Of a DNA stretch of 64,000 bases, positions 7,373 to 18,154 are shown in pieces. Both the position numbers and the translations under genes were made by a program. Each line of letters opens with the position of its first letter. The first letter of the stretch is position 1. Location of the stretch: positions 14,005 through 78,004 of the forward strand of contig CAWBMM010000008.1 in the NCBI GenBank assembly GCA_963789855.1, read 5' to 3'. Source of the stretch: an uncultured Actinomycetota bacterium. GTDB lineage: Bacteria > Actinomycetota > Actinomycetes > JACCUZ01. Under the pieces are notes generated by a model. That model saw nothing but the letters and a program-made list of their open reading frames with translations. It was not told where the DNA came from and ran no database searches.

Positions 7373-9361
7373 GTGACCGACGCGCAGGGCCGGGCGCTGC
7401 AGCGCACCGCGGCCGCCATCGCCGTCGTCGCCACCCTGTGCTGCCTCGCCACGGTCGGCTACCACCACTGGCTCGACGCGCGGGCCGAGGTCCCCCGGCT
7501 GTTCTGGTCCGACCTCGTGCTGGGCAGCGTGTGGCCGATCGCTGGCGCGATCGTGGTGTGGGCGCAGCCGCGCAACGCCGTCGGCTGGGTGATGCTCATC
7601 CCCGCGACGCTCGGTCCTTACCAGTTGCTCGCCCACTACGCCGCTGCGGCGCAGCTGGTGCCGGGCGCTCCCGTCGCCGGGGCCGACGCTGCCGCGTGGG
7701 TCGGCATGTGGGGCTTCGCGTCCTACTTCTTCGTCATCCCGCTGCTGCTGTTGCTCTTCCCGGACGGGCACCCGGCGTCACCGCGGTGGCGGGTGGTCGT
7801 CGGTCTCGTGCTCGCCGCCGCTGCCGTCACGACGGTCGCCCGGTCGCTGAGCCCGGTGGCGCTCGACGTCGCACCCCAGGTCGGCAACCCGTACGGCATC
7901 TCGGCGGCCCCGTGGCTGCGCTACGTCACCCTGGTCGGCGCCTTCCTGACCCTGATCGGCGGCTCGATCGCCGGGCTGGTCGCCGTCGCGGCGCGGCTGC
8001 GGCGCGCGACCGGCTTGCAGCGTTCGCAGCTGCTGTGGCTGGTGATGGGCGGACTCGTCCTGGTGCTGTGCCTGGTCGTCGGCGTCGTCGCGAACGACAC
8101 GTCCTGGCTCAGCGACGGCCTGTTCACCCTCGGGCTGCTCGGGCCGCCGGTCGCGATCGCTGTCGCGATGGTGCGCCACCAGCTCTTCGACGTCGAGTTC
8201 GCGGTCAACCGCACCCTCGTGCTCTCCGTGCTGACCGTCCTCGTCGTCGGGGTGTACGCCGTCGTGGTGCTCGCCATCGGCCAGGTCGCAGCCGGGTCGC
8301 CGGCCGGGCTGGTCGCGGTCGCGGCCGCGGCTCTGGTGGCTTCGGCCGCGCGCTCGTCGGTGCAGCGGTGGGTCGACCGGCTGCTGTTCGGGCACCGACG
8401 CGACCCCTACGCCGTGCTGACCCGGGTCGAGCGGCAGGTCGCCGCGGCGTCCGAGCCCGTCGAGGCGTTGCAGCGGCTGGTCGACGGCCTCAGGGCTGCC
8501 CTGCGCCTGCCCTATGCCGCGTTCGTCGGTGAGGTGCAGGTGGTCTCCGGCACGCCGAGGGCCGGCTGGGACGTCGTACCGGCCAACGCCTTGGGGCAGC
8601 CCGTCGGCGAGCTGCACGTCGGGCTGCGCAGCCGAGGCGAGCAGCTCAGCGACGACGAGCGCGGCGCGGTCGAGGAGGTCGCCGCCCGGGCCGGCACCCT
8701 CGCCTACGCGGCCCGGCTGGTGGCCGACGTGTCGGAGAGCCGGGCCCGCATCGTCGCGGCCCGCGAGGAGGAACGGCGGCGGCTGCGGGCAGACCTGCAC
8801 GACGGCGTCGGGCCGGTGCTCGCCGGGTCGGCGCACCAGCTGGACGCCCTCGCGCGACGGCTGGAGGCGGAGGGGCAGACCGAGCACGCGGCGCGGGCCC
8901 GCGAGCTGCGGGACCGGCTCCGCGGAACGGTCGCCGACGTGCGGCACGCGGTGCACGGGCTGCGGCCGCCGGTGCTCGACCAGCTCGGGCTGGCCGGTGC
9001 GCTGCGCGACCTCGTGGCAGGCTTCGACGTGCCGGCCTGCCGCGCCGAGGTGCCGGACGACCTCGGCACGCTGCCGGCAGCCGTCGAGGTCAACGCCTAC
9101 GCGATCGCGGCCGAGGCAGTGACCAACGCCGTGCGGCACAGCGCGGCCAGCAGACTCAGCCTCGGGGCGCAGCTGAGGGAGGGGACGTTGGTGGTCGAGG
9201 TCGTCGACAACGGTCGCGGGGTGCCGAAGGGCGGCCGGTCGGGTGTCGGGCTGCGCAGCATGAGCGAGCGCGCGAGCGAGGTGGGCGGCCGACTCGAGGT
9301 CGTGGGTGCCGAGGGTGGCGGCACGGTCGTGCGGGCCGCACTGCCGGTCGGGGCGGCATGA
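7373..9361 (+). CDS. Sensor histidine kinase, NarL-partner type (HisKA_3 + HATPase_c), polytopic N-terminus
   Basis: EERRRLRADLHDGVGP (H-box of HisKA_3), with N/G boxes NAVRHSAAS and DNGRGV...GVGLRSMSERA. The start is placed at the in-frame GTG 7373, after the divergent gene. The stop overlaps the response-regulator ATG (ATGA). Confidence 0.85.
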   Translation: MTDAQGRALQRTAAAIAVVATLCCLATVGYHHWLDARAEVPRLFWSDLVLGSVWPIAGAIVVWAQPRNAVGWVMLIPATLGPYQLLAHYAAAAQLVPGAPVAGADAAAWVGMWGFASYFFVIPLLLLLFPDGHPASPRWRVVVGLVLAAAAVTTVARSLSPVALDVAPQVGNPYGISAAPWLRYVTLVGAFLTLIGGSIAGLVAVAARLRRATGLQRSQLLWLVMGGLVLVLCLVVGVVANDTSWLSDGLFTLGLLGPPVAIAVAMVRHQLFDVEFAVNRTLVLSVLTVLVVGVYAVVVLAIGQVAAGSPAGLVAVAAAALVASAARSSVQRWVDRLLFGHRRDPYAVLTRVERQVAAASEPVEALQRLVDGLRAALRLPYAAFVGEVQVVSGTPRAGWDVVPANALGQPVGELHVGLRSRGEQLSDDERGAVEEVAARAGTLAYAARLVADVSESRARIVAAREEERRRLRADLHDGVGPVLAGSAHQLDALARRLEAEGQTEHAARARELRDRLRGTVADVRHAVHGLRPPVLDQLGLAGALRDLVAGFDVPACRAEVPDDLGTLPAAVEVNAYAIAAEAVTNAVRHSAASRLSLGAQLREGTLVVEVVDNGRGVPKGGRSGVGLRSMSERASEVGGRLEVVGAEGGGTVVRAALPVGAA

Positions 9362-10006
9362 GCGTCCGGGTCGCCCTCGTCGACGACCACCCGGTCTTCC
9401 GGCAGGGCATGGCGGCGGTGCTCGACCAGCTCGACGGCATCGAGGTCGTCGGCGAGGCCGGCGACGGGGAGCAGGCGCTGGCCCTGGTCGCCGAGGTGCA
9501 GCCCGCCGTGGTGCTGATGGACCTGCGGATGCCCGGGATGGGCGGCCTCGAGGCGACCGCCCGGCTCACCGACCAGTCGCCGGACGTCGCGGTCCTGGTG
9601 CTGACGATGGACGAGGACGACGACTCGGTGTTCGCCGCGCTGCGGGCCGGGCGCGCGGGGCTACCTGCTCAAGGAGTCGGACGGGGAGGTGATCCAGCGC
9701 GCCGTGCTGGCGGTCGCCGACGGGGAGGCGGTGTTCGGCGCCGGGGTTGCCCACCGGGTGGTGTCCTTCTTCGCGGCGGGTGCGGCGCGAGCGTCGGCGA
9801 CGCCGTTCCCGCAGCTGACCGACCGCGAGCGCGAGGTGCTCGAGCTGCTGGCCACCGGGCTGGACAACGCGAGCATCGCCCGGCGGCTTTCGCTGTCGCC
9901 GAAGACGGTGCGCAACCGGGTCAGCGACGTGCTCGGCAAGCTGCGGGTCGCCACCCGAGCCGAGGCGGTGGCTCGGGCCCGGGACGCCGGCCTCGGATCG
10001 CCCTGA
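9358..10006 (+). pseudogene. NarL/LuxR-family response regulator, one apparent frameshift
   Basis: The REC domain (VALVDDHPVFRQG...VVLMDLRMPGMGG) is in the frame of ORF 9358. The rest (YLLKESDGEVIQRAV... and the LuxR HTH LTDREREVLELLATGLDNASIARRLSLSPKTVRNRVS) is in the frame of ORF 9689-10006. The junction is near 9650-9660 (GCCGGGCGCGCGGGGCTACCTG). Confidence 0.85.
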
Positions 10007-10977
10007 CGGTCCGGGAGCTATCGAGCCGCGACAACGGTCCCGTCCCACGGCGTCCAGCTGCGCGAGCCAGCCGGTTGCGGCGGCCACCTCGGCATACTCC
10101 GCGCGGGCAGCAGACCGACCGGAGCCGCCCGCCGGGCCGCCTTGCCAGCCTGGCGACACCGGTACAACCATCACAGGGCACAGTCGCCCGGTGCACCAAC
10201 CTGGCCAGACAGGACACCCAGACCTCGCCGTTATCGGCGATCGCGTCGGCTCACGCCGCTGCGGTGAACACCGGTTCGAGGTCTGTCGGGGCGTTACCGC
10301 GCATGTCGGTGAGCTCGAGGATGCGCGGCACCGAAGCCGGTGCGGGAGCGCTGCCGCGATAGACGACGGCCGCGGGCGCCGCCCTGACGCGACGGACTTG
10401 GTCGCTACAACTGCGGGACCTGGCGTTGAGGGTCGCGGGCGGCGTTACCGCGAGCATCCGCAGAGCCGCGGCCTTCCAGCGGCGCGACCGCGCTCGGGTA
10501 GGTTCTCCGATTCGTCACGTCGGCCCTTGTCGACGCCGCGCCTTGATCACTGCGGTCGGTCGCGCTGGGCGGTGCCAACATGCAGTGGCTCTCTCGACCA
10601 GCCGGGACCGGATCTGGTTGGCCTCGTCCATGGCGGCCACCTCGGCTCGGCGGTGCGGCGGGGTGCGCCTCAGTACGTCGGCATCGCGCGCGGGGGACCG
10701 CTCGCTCTGGGCGTTCGAAAGCAGCAGCCAACATATTCCTCGGGCCACGCCACACCTGCCTAGGAGGCGCCGTCCCAATCCTCGTCGCTGGAACGCACGG
10801 GTGTTTACCTATGGCGTCCGCGCCGGATCCTGCTCGACTACAACGCCCCGTCACCGTCGGGGTCCGCATCAACTGAACTCACGGCGCACCCTCAGCCGGC
10901 TCTCATGGATTTCGCATAATGGGTCTGGACGGTGGCCGCATGAACATTCGTCATCTTCGACGCGCCGGCTGGTCCTT

Positions 10978-12462
10978 GTGAGTCGCAGGAAGTGGGTGAT
11001 CAACACTGCGCTCGTGGCCGCGCTGGGTCTGTCTGTAGGAGGGGCTGTCCTGGCGGTGGGTGACCCCGGGACCGCGGCCGCGAGCGGCTCGCGGACGGCT
11101 ACGGCCTCCGTCGGCACGGTGACGGCGTCGGTGTCAGCGAGCGGGAACCTCGCGGCCGCCACCACTGTCGGCGCCAATTTCGAAGGGTCGGGCGGAACGG
11201 TCACGGCCATCTACGTGCAGGTCGGACAGAAGGTGACCGCGGGCCAGGAGCTCGCCAAGGTGGACGACACATCCGCCCGGAGGTCGTTGCGCACGGCCGA
11301 GGCGAGCCTGGCCTCTGCTCAAGCGCAGTTGACCACCACGACCCAGGGTCAGACCAGCGCCGAGAAGGCGCGCGACCGGGTGGCGGTCAGAGCGGCGCAG
11401 GTGAGCCTGGAGAACGCCGAGACCTCACTGTCCCAAGCCAGGGCGTCGCGTGCCCTCGACCTGAACCAGCAGGACGCCGTCGTCGCGGCCGCGAAGGCCA
11501 GCTACGACGCTGCTGGCGACGCGGCCAGCAAGGGCAGCGCACGGTCGGCGTTGGTCCAGGCCAAGAACACGCGAGACAGCGCCCGGCTCAAGGACAACCA
11601 ACAGGTCCAGAGCGCTGCGGGCCAGGTCGCCTCGGCCAGGTTGGCACTGGCCGCGCAGCGGGCCGCCGCTGCGGTGAACAGCCAACCTGCCCGGCCAGGA
11701 TCGGTCAACTCCGCAGCTGCCCAGGTCGCCTCGGCACGGGTGCAGGTGGATGCCGCACGGACAACGCTGGACCAGACGGCGTTACGGGCTCCGGTCGCTG
11801 GGACCGTCGCGTCCATCTCCGGTGTCGTCGGGGAGGGCTCGTCCGGTGCGGCCAGCTCTTCTGATTCGACCAGCTCCGCCAGCTCGACGAGTTCGACGAG
11901 CTCCACGAGCTCGACGTCGACCAGCGGCTTCGTGGTCATCAGCAGCCTGTCGCACCTTCAGGTCACCAGCCAGGTCGCCGAAGCCGACGCCGGGAAGGTG
12001 AAGGTCGGCCAGAAGGCGACGGTGACCTTCTCCGCCGCCGCCGTGACCGTCAATGGCAGCGTGACCGGGCTCGACGTGGAGGACACCGTCAGCAACAACG
12101 TCGTCGAGTACGGAGTGACTGTCTCGCTCGTCGACACCCCGACCAGCCTCAAGCTCGGCCAGACGGCGTCGGTGAGCATCATCACGGGGACCAAGTCGGA
12201 CGTGCTGAGCGTGCCGACCTCGGCGGTCACGACGGTCGGCACTCGGCATTCGGTCACCGTGCGCAAGGACGGCACGGACTCGGTCGTCCAGATCCAGACG
12301 GGTCTGACCGGCGACTCGACCACCGAGGTCACCAACGGACTCTCGGAAGGTGACGTGGTCGTCATACCGACGAGTTCCGCTAGCACGGGTGGCTTCACCT
12401 TCCCCGGTGGCGGTATCGGTGCCGGACCGGGTGGGAGACCGGGCGGGGGACTGGGCGGATGA
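10978..12462 (+). CDS. HlyD/MacA-type periplasmic adaptor (membrane fusion) protein
   Basis: The in-frame GTG 10978 gives an N-terminal TM (WVINTALVAALGLSVGGAVLAV). It has a lipoyl-like hairpin (VTAIYVQVGQKVTAGQELAKVDD), long coiled-coil segments and a beta-barrel C-terminus. The stop overlaps the ATPase ATG. Confidence 0.8.
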   Translation: MSRRKWVINTALVAALGLSVGGAVLAVGDPGTAAASGSRTATASVGTVTASVSASGNLAAATTVGANFEGSGGTVTAIYVQVGQKVTAGQELAKVDDTSARRSLRTAEASLASAQAQLTTTTQGQTSAEKARDRVAVRAAQVSLENAETSLSQARASRALDLNQQDAVVAAAKASYDAAGDAASKGSARSALVQAKNTRDSARLKDNQQVQSAAGQVASARLALAAQRAAAAVNSQPARPGSVNSAAAQVASARVQVDAARTTLDQTALRAPVAGTVASISGVVGEGSSGAASSSDSTSSASSTSSTSSTSSTSTSGFVVISSLSHLQVTSQVAEADAGKVKVGQKATVTFSAAAVTVNGSVTGLDVEDTVSNNVVEYGVTVSLVDTPTSLKLGQTASVSIITGTKSDVLSVPTSAVTTVGTRHSVTVRKDGTDSVVQIQTGLTGDSTTEVTNGLSEGDVVVIPTSSASTGGFTFPGGGIGAGPGGRPGGGLGG

Positions 12463-13215
12463 CCGTCCGCACCATTCGGCCCGTCATCGAGCTCACCGCC
12501 GTGACGAAGGTCTACGGAGAAGGGGACACCGTCGTCCATGCGGTCGCCGGGGTCGACCTGGTGGTCGAACGAGGCGACTACGTGGCGGTCATGGGCGCCT
12601 CCGGCTCGGGCAAGTCGACGCTGATGAACATCATCGGCTGCCTGGACGAGCCCACGCGAGGCCGTTACCGACTCGACGGTGTCGATGTGCGGCGCCGCGA
12701 CGAGCGCACCGCTGTCCCGGATCCGGAACCGCAAGATCGGCTTCGTCTTCCAGAGCTTCAACCTGATCCCTCGCACGAGCGCGCTGCGCAACGTCGAGCT
12801 GCCGCTGGCCTACGCCGGCGTGAACGCGGCGGACCGGCGCGAGCGCGCCCTGGAGGCACTGGCCAAGGTTGGCCTCGCCGACCGGGTCGAGCCACCTTCC
12901 GTCGGAGCTCTCCGGCGGCCAGCAGCAGCGAGTGGCGGTCGCCCGGGCGATCGTCACCAACCCGGTGCTGCTGCTGGCCGACGAGCCGACGGGCGCCCTG
13001 GACAGCCACAGCACTGCCGACGTCCTCGCACTGTTCGACCAGCTCTCCTTGTCGGGTCGCACCTTGGTGATCATCACCCACGAGTCCGATGTTGCCCGAC
13101 GCGCCAAGCGCGTGGTGCAGATGCAGCGACGGGTTGATCCTCTCCGACGATCGGTCGGCAGCCGGTGGACGGACCCCCAGCAGGACCGGGCGATCCGGTG
13201 GGGTCGGCGTCATGA
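12459..13215 (+). pseudogene. MacB-type ABC transporter ATP-binding protein, at least 3 frameshifts
   Basis: The Walker A motif (GASGSGKST) is in frame 0. [24 protein letters not shown] is in a second frame. The signature [14 protein letters not shown] and Walker [13 protein letters not shown] are in a third. Frame switches fall near 12706, 12893 and 13118. Confidence 0.8.
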
Positions 13216-14513
13216 ACGTCCGGGAGAGCACCCGGTTCGCTGTCCAGGGCGTCACGGCGAACAAGATGCGTTCTGCACTGACGACGCTCGGGATCCTCAT
13301 CGGCGTGGCGGCGGTCATCATCCTGGTCGCCGTCGGCACGGGTTCCAGCAAGGCGGTCGCGGACTCCATCAGCGCTCTCGGCAGCAACACGTTGACCGTG
13401 AGCTCCACGTCCACGACCGGCGGCGGGCGAGGCGTCGTTCGGCGGCGGCGGGGGTCGGCGGTCCAGCCGCGCCTGGTGGCGCAGCCGGTACCGGGACGAC
13501 CAGCAGCGGCACCAAGACCCGAGCCAATCGCGCTGACGATGGCCGACGCCGAAGCGCTGACCAAGAAGCGCGATGCGCCGGACGTCCTCGGGGTCGCGCC
13601 GGTGGTGTCGGCGTCAGTCGGTGACCGCGACCTACTACGGCGCCTCGCATGCGGTGGACACGTTCACCGGCTCGACCCCGACCTACCTGCTGATCAACAA
13701 TGACACGGTCGCGACCGGCGCGGCGTTCACCGACGCGGACTACACCGCACACCGTCGGGTTGCGCTTGTCGGCGCGACCGTCGCGAAGGACCTGGCGGGT
13801 GGCAGACGGCAAGTCCATCGTGGGCAAGACCGTGGCCTTCAACGGTAAGCAGTTCACCGTCGTCGGGATCCTCACCGCTAAGGGGAGCACCGGGCCGCAG
13901 GACCAAGACGACCGTGTGGTCGCCCCGGCGACCGCGGTGCAGGACACCCTGGCCGGGTACGGCTCGCTGAGCTCGATCTCCGTCAAGGCCACGTCGTCGT
14001 CGACCACGTCGGCGGCGCAGGCAGAGGTGGAGGCCATCCTGGATGGGCGCCACCACGTGACCCCGGCTGACCGCGACTACAGCGTGTTCAGCTCCGCGTC
14101 ACTGCTGTCCGCGGTCGACCTCGTCGAACGAGACCTTCACCGTCCTGCTCGGCGCGGTCGCGGCCATCTCCTTGCTGGTCGGCGGTATCGGGGTCATGAA
14201 CATCATGCTGGTCACGGTCACCGAGCGGACCCGCGAGATCGGCATCCGCAAAGCGATCGGCGCCGGCAAGGGCGACATCGTCAGCCAGTTCCTGCTCGAG
14301 GCGGTGATGCTCTCGATGTTCGGTGGGATCGTCGGGGTCGCCGTGGGCCTGATCGGGTCCCATTTCACGATCGTCGGCGTGCAACCGGTCGTGGCACCGT
14401 ACTCAGTCGTTCTCGCCTTCGGGGTGGCGATCGCGGTCGGTCTGTTCTTCGGTCTCTACCCGGCGAATCGCGCCGCCACGCTGCGCCCCATCGACGCCCT
14501 TCGCCATGAGTGA
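13212..14513 (+). pseudogene. MacB/FtsX-family ABC permease, at least 5 frameshifts
   Basis: The N-terminal segment is MNVRESTRFAVQGVTANKMRSALTTLGILIGVAAVI. MacB periplasmic-domain pieces (SVTATYYGASHAVDTFTGSTP, GKSIVGKTVAFNGKQFTVVGIL) follow, and the FtsX C-terminus is [28 protein letters not shown]. These lie in alternating frames, with switches near 13430, 13525, 13620, 13800 and 14120. Confidence 0.8.
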
Positions 14514-14520
14514 GGAACAC

Positions 14521-15117
14521 ATGACCGACACGGAGGACACACCAGCCCAGGCGCCGATGTCCGACTTCTTCGAGAGCAGCGACGGAGCTCACCCGGACCC
14601 TGACACCGCGGACCCCGCCGGGGACTTCGACGACGACGAGTTCGGTCCCGCGCCGGCTCAACAGCGACGCATACCGCTCGTGACCGGCGTCCTCGTCCTC
14701 GGTGTCGCTCTCGCGCTGTCCTTCACCGGCGGCGTCCTGGTCCAGAAGCACCACGACGCCAGCACAACGGCCGTGACCTCCGGTCCCGGTGCCTTCCCTG
14801 CCGGCGGCTTTCCCGGCGGGGCGGGAGCGGTGATCCTGAACGGGACTGCGCCCACCGGTCCCAGTGCCTCCGGCAATTCGACGGCGACGACCTCGGGACC
14901 GGTCGTGATCGGAACCGTCCTGAGCGTCAAAGGCAAGACGATGACCGTCAAGGATCTCGGCGGCAAACGACATGTCGTTCATCTGACAGACACCACCACG
15001 GCGACTAGGGCTACCGATGTTCCAGTGGATGCGCTGACGGCGGGAACGACCGTCTCGGTGGAGGGGACCACGAACGCCGACGGGTCCGTGGGAGCCACCG
15101 CCATCACGACCCGCTGA
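14521..15117 (+). CDS. Membrane-anchored hypothetical protein (acidic N-terminus, one TM, beta-rich C-terminal domain)
   Basis: ATG 14521 is preceded by GAGGA. It has a TM helix (LVTGVLVLGVALALSFTGGVLV). The C-terminus is IGTVLSVKGKTMTVKDLGGKRHVVHLTDTT...TVSVEGTTNADGSVGATAI. Confidence 0.55.
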   Translation: MTDTEDTPAQAPMSDFFESSDGAHPDPDTADPAGDFDDDEFGPAPAQQRRIPLVTGVLVLGVALALSFTGGVLVQKHHDASTTAVTSGPGAFPAGGFPGGAGAVILNGTAPTGPSASGNSTATTSGPVVIGTVLSVKGKTMTVKDLGGKRHVVHLTDTTTATRATDVPVDALTAGTTVSVEGTTNADGSVGATAITTR

Positions 15118-15172
15118 CCCGCTATCCAGCAACCGCGCACCAGAACACGCCCCATCTGCGAAAGGCCATCCC

Positions 15173-15565
15173 ATGCTCGTCAGCGGTCACCGCATCCTTC
15201 TCGCCGTCAGCTTGGTCGCCGCCGTCGGCGTGCTCGCCGGATGCGGGACGTCCTCGGACGGCGCCAGCCCGTCAACCGATGACACGACCTCGGGGCCGGC
15301 ACGCCCCAGCGGCGCACCGACCGGCGGCCCTCCAGCAGGACAGCTTGCCGAGATCCAAACCTGCCTGAGGGCGGCAGGAATCACCGTCGATCTCCCGACC
15401 GAGCGACCCTCGTTCTCACCCGGGGCAACGCCGCCATCCGGTCCACCACCCGCCGGTGCGGGTCAACGCGGCGGCTTCGGCGCGATCTTCAATGATCCCA
15501 AGGCACAGGCGGCGCTGAAGGCGTGCGGGATCTCTCTACCGACCGCTCCCCCGTCTGGCCCCTGA
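15173..15565 (+). CDS. Small Pro-rich lipoprotein
   Basis: 130-aa ORF with a signal peptide plus lipobox (AVGVLAGCG). Confidence 0.6.
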   Translation: MLVSGHRILLAVSLVAAVGVLAGCGTSSDGASPSTDDTTSGPARPSGAPTGGPPAGQLAEIQTCLRAAGITVDLPTERPSFSPGATPPSGPPPAGAGQRGGFGAIFNDPKAQAALKACGISLPTAPPSGP

Positions 15566-15720
15566 GTGATGCCGGACCGGTTCGACTCCACACAAGAGCG
15601 CCTGATGGCCGGCCTCCGGCCCTCCTGGGTCGGATCTGAACGACATTGCCCAGCAGTCAGTCCAGGCACCCAATGCTCGGCCACCGTGGTTCGACCAGCA
15701 GGGGGGCGCGGGATGAGACC

Positions 15721-16500
15721 ATGACCGATATGGGCGACGGACGATTGATCGCCCCGTTCGGGGATGCGGCCCGACCTCGCCCGGGGGTGCCGGACGCAAA
15801 GGTCCTGGTGGTGGACGATGAGCCGTACCTGGCCGACATGCTGATGACAAGTCTGCGGTTCGCCGGGTTCGACGTCCGGGTCGCAGCGACCGGGACCGAG
15901 GCGTTGGCGCTGGCGGACGAGTTCCGACCCGAGCTGTTGGTGCTTGACGTGATGCTGCCAGATCTGGACGGGTTCTCCGTGCTGCACCAGCTGCGCGCCA
16001 CCGGGAGGCCCTTCGCGGTGGTGTTCTTGACAGCCCGGGACGACACGCAGGACAAGGTCAGCGGGCTGACTCTCGGCGGGGACGACTACATCACCAAGCC
16101 GTTCAGCCTCGAAGAGTTGATCGCCCGCATCCGCGCCGTGCTACGCCGCACTCGCGGTGCGAGTGGTCTACCCGTCCAGGATTCTCGGCTGCGCTACGCC
16201 GATCTGGAGATGGACGAGGAAGGCCATCAGGTGTGGCGCCACGACGAGCTCGTCGAGCTGTCCCCGACCGAGTTCGCCCTGTTGCGTTACCTGCTCGTGA
16301 ACGCCGGCCGCGTCTTGAGCAGGTCCCAGATCCTCGACCACGTCTGGAGCTACGACTTCGACGGCGACGCCGGAATCGTGGAGTCCTACATCCGTTATCT
16401 ACGCCGCAAGATCGACGTGTTCGATCCGCCGCTGGTGCAGACCGTTCGAGGCGTCGGCTACACGCTGCGAGTGGCGTCCTCGTCGTCGCGGTCGGGATGA
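15721..16500 (+). CDS. OmpR/PhoB-family response regulator
   Basis: The REC domain is KVLVVDDEPYLADMLMTSLRFAGFDV...LLVLDVMLPDLDG. The winged-helix part is ELSPTEFALLRYLLVNAGRVLSRSQILDHVWSYDF...TVRGVGYTL. ATG 15721 is in frame. The stop overlaps the kinase ATG (ATGA). Confidence 0.9.
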   Translation: MTDMGDGRLIAPFGDAARPRPGVPDAKVLVVDDEPYLADMLMTSLRFAGFDVRVAATGTEALALADEFRPELLVLDVMLPDLDGFSVLHQLRATGRPFAVVFLTARDDTQDKVSGLTLGGDDYITKPFSLEELIARIRAVLRRTRGASGLPVQDSRLRYADLEMDEEGHQVWRHDELVELSPTEFALLRYLLVNAGRVLSRSQILDHVWSYDFDGDAGIVESYIRYLRRKIDVFDPPLVQTVRGVGYTLRVASSSSRSG

Positions 16501-18066
16501 ACCTCTCGCTGCGGCTGCGCCTGGTGGCAGTGCTTGTGCTGCTCGCCGCAATCGGCCTGCTGGCGGCGAACGTGAGCGGTGTCGTGCTGCTTCGTTCCTA
16601 CCTCTTCGAGCGCATCGACGCGCAGTCCCAAGGCGGCTCCGGCTCTGCAGCGCTACCTCCGGCAGGTCTGCAGAGTGCAGCTGACATCTGCAGCCGCCTC
16701 GGCCAGGGCGCGAGGCCTCAACTGCCGAGCGAGATCAAACTAGTGGTCCTCGGCGCAGACGGCCGCCGCCGCTGCACCGTGGAGACCTCCTCGAGCGTCC
16801 GACCCGCGGTGCCCAGGCTGACAGTCGAACAGGCAACCGCCAGCGCCGGGCAGTCGCGCACGGTGGGTTCGCTCGGCGGTGGCGGACCCCGATGGCGGAT
16901 CCGCCCGCAACCGCTCGCCGACGGATCCGGAACCCTCGTCACCGCCCTTTCCCTGGAACAGACCGACGCCACCGTTCGCCACCTCACACTCATCGGTGCC
17001 GCGACAAGCCTGGTCGTGCTCATGATGATCGCGGCCAGCGGATGGTTCCTGGTCGGTCTGGGCCTGCGTCCGCTCACAGCCATCGAAGCCACCGCCGAGG
17101 CCATCGCCGACGGCGACCTGAGCCGGCGAGTGCCACCTGGTCGCCCGGGCACCGAAGATCGGCCGGCTCTCCCGCGCGCTCAATGGCATGCTCACCCAGA
17201 TCGAACTCGCGTTCTCGGCCCGCGCAGAGTCCGAGAACCGGCTGCGCCGGTTCATCGCCGACGCCAGCCACGAGCTGCGGACACCGCTGGCGACCATCCG
17301 CGGCCATGCCGAGCTCTACCGTCAGGGTGCCATCGCAGAACCGGACCTAGCTCGGCTCCTGGGACGCATCGAGTCCGAGGCGTCCCGCATGGGGGGACTC
17401 GTGGAGGACATGCTGCTCCTGGCCCGCCTCGATCACGACCGCCCGTTGGACAGCCGACGAGTGGACATGCTTTCCCTCGCCAGCGACGCGGTGTCCGACG
17501 CGCAAGCCATAGACCCGACTCGACGCATCACGCTGACACGCATGACGCAACCACCATTCGTCGAAGACGAGCCGGTCACGCGAGGGGACGAGGCGCGGCT
17601 CCGGCAGGTACTCGGGAACCTCGTCATGAACGCGCTGCGTCACACTCCGGCCGGGACACCGGTCGAGTTACGCGTCGGCGTACAGGACAGCGCAGTTCCA
17701 CATGTCATCGTCGAAGTCTCCGATCAAGGACCGGGTATGCCCGACGAAGTAGCCAAGCGTGTGTTTGAACGATTCTTCCGCGCCGATCCGAGCCGCTCAC
17801 GAAAGCACGGTGGCACCGGCCTCGGGCTATCTATCGTCGCCGCTGTGATCAAGGCTCACCAAGGCGAGATCGAATGTCGCAGCGCACCGGGAGCCGGGAC
17901 AACCTTCGTCATCACACTGCCCACGGCATCCACCGCGGGCACTACCCCACGCGGTCACGGTTCCGGCGCGACCAAGGTCGAGAAGTGCACCTCAACGGAT
18001 GTGAACACCTCGCCCAAGGTAGTTTCGCCAAGCCCGACGCACGAGCCTGGTTCGGCGGACGCATAG
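16497..18066 (+). pseudogene. Sensor histidine kinase (HAMP-HisKA-HATPase_c), one apparent frameshift
   Basis: The N-terminal TM, periplasmic domain, second TM and start of HAMP are in the frame of ORF 16233-17768. IGRLSRALNGMLTQIE, the H-box FIADASHELRTPLATIRG and the G boxes (GGTGLGLSIV) are in the frame of ORF 17188-18066. The switch is near 17157 (ACCGAAGATCGG). Confidence 0.85.
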
Positions 18067-18154
18067 CTTGTCGTGAACGCCGTGACGCGGTGAGCGAGGA
18101 TCGCGCCGGCTGACGGCAGATCTGCATTCGACTCAGGCGGCTGAGCCGGCACCG

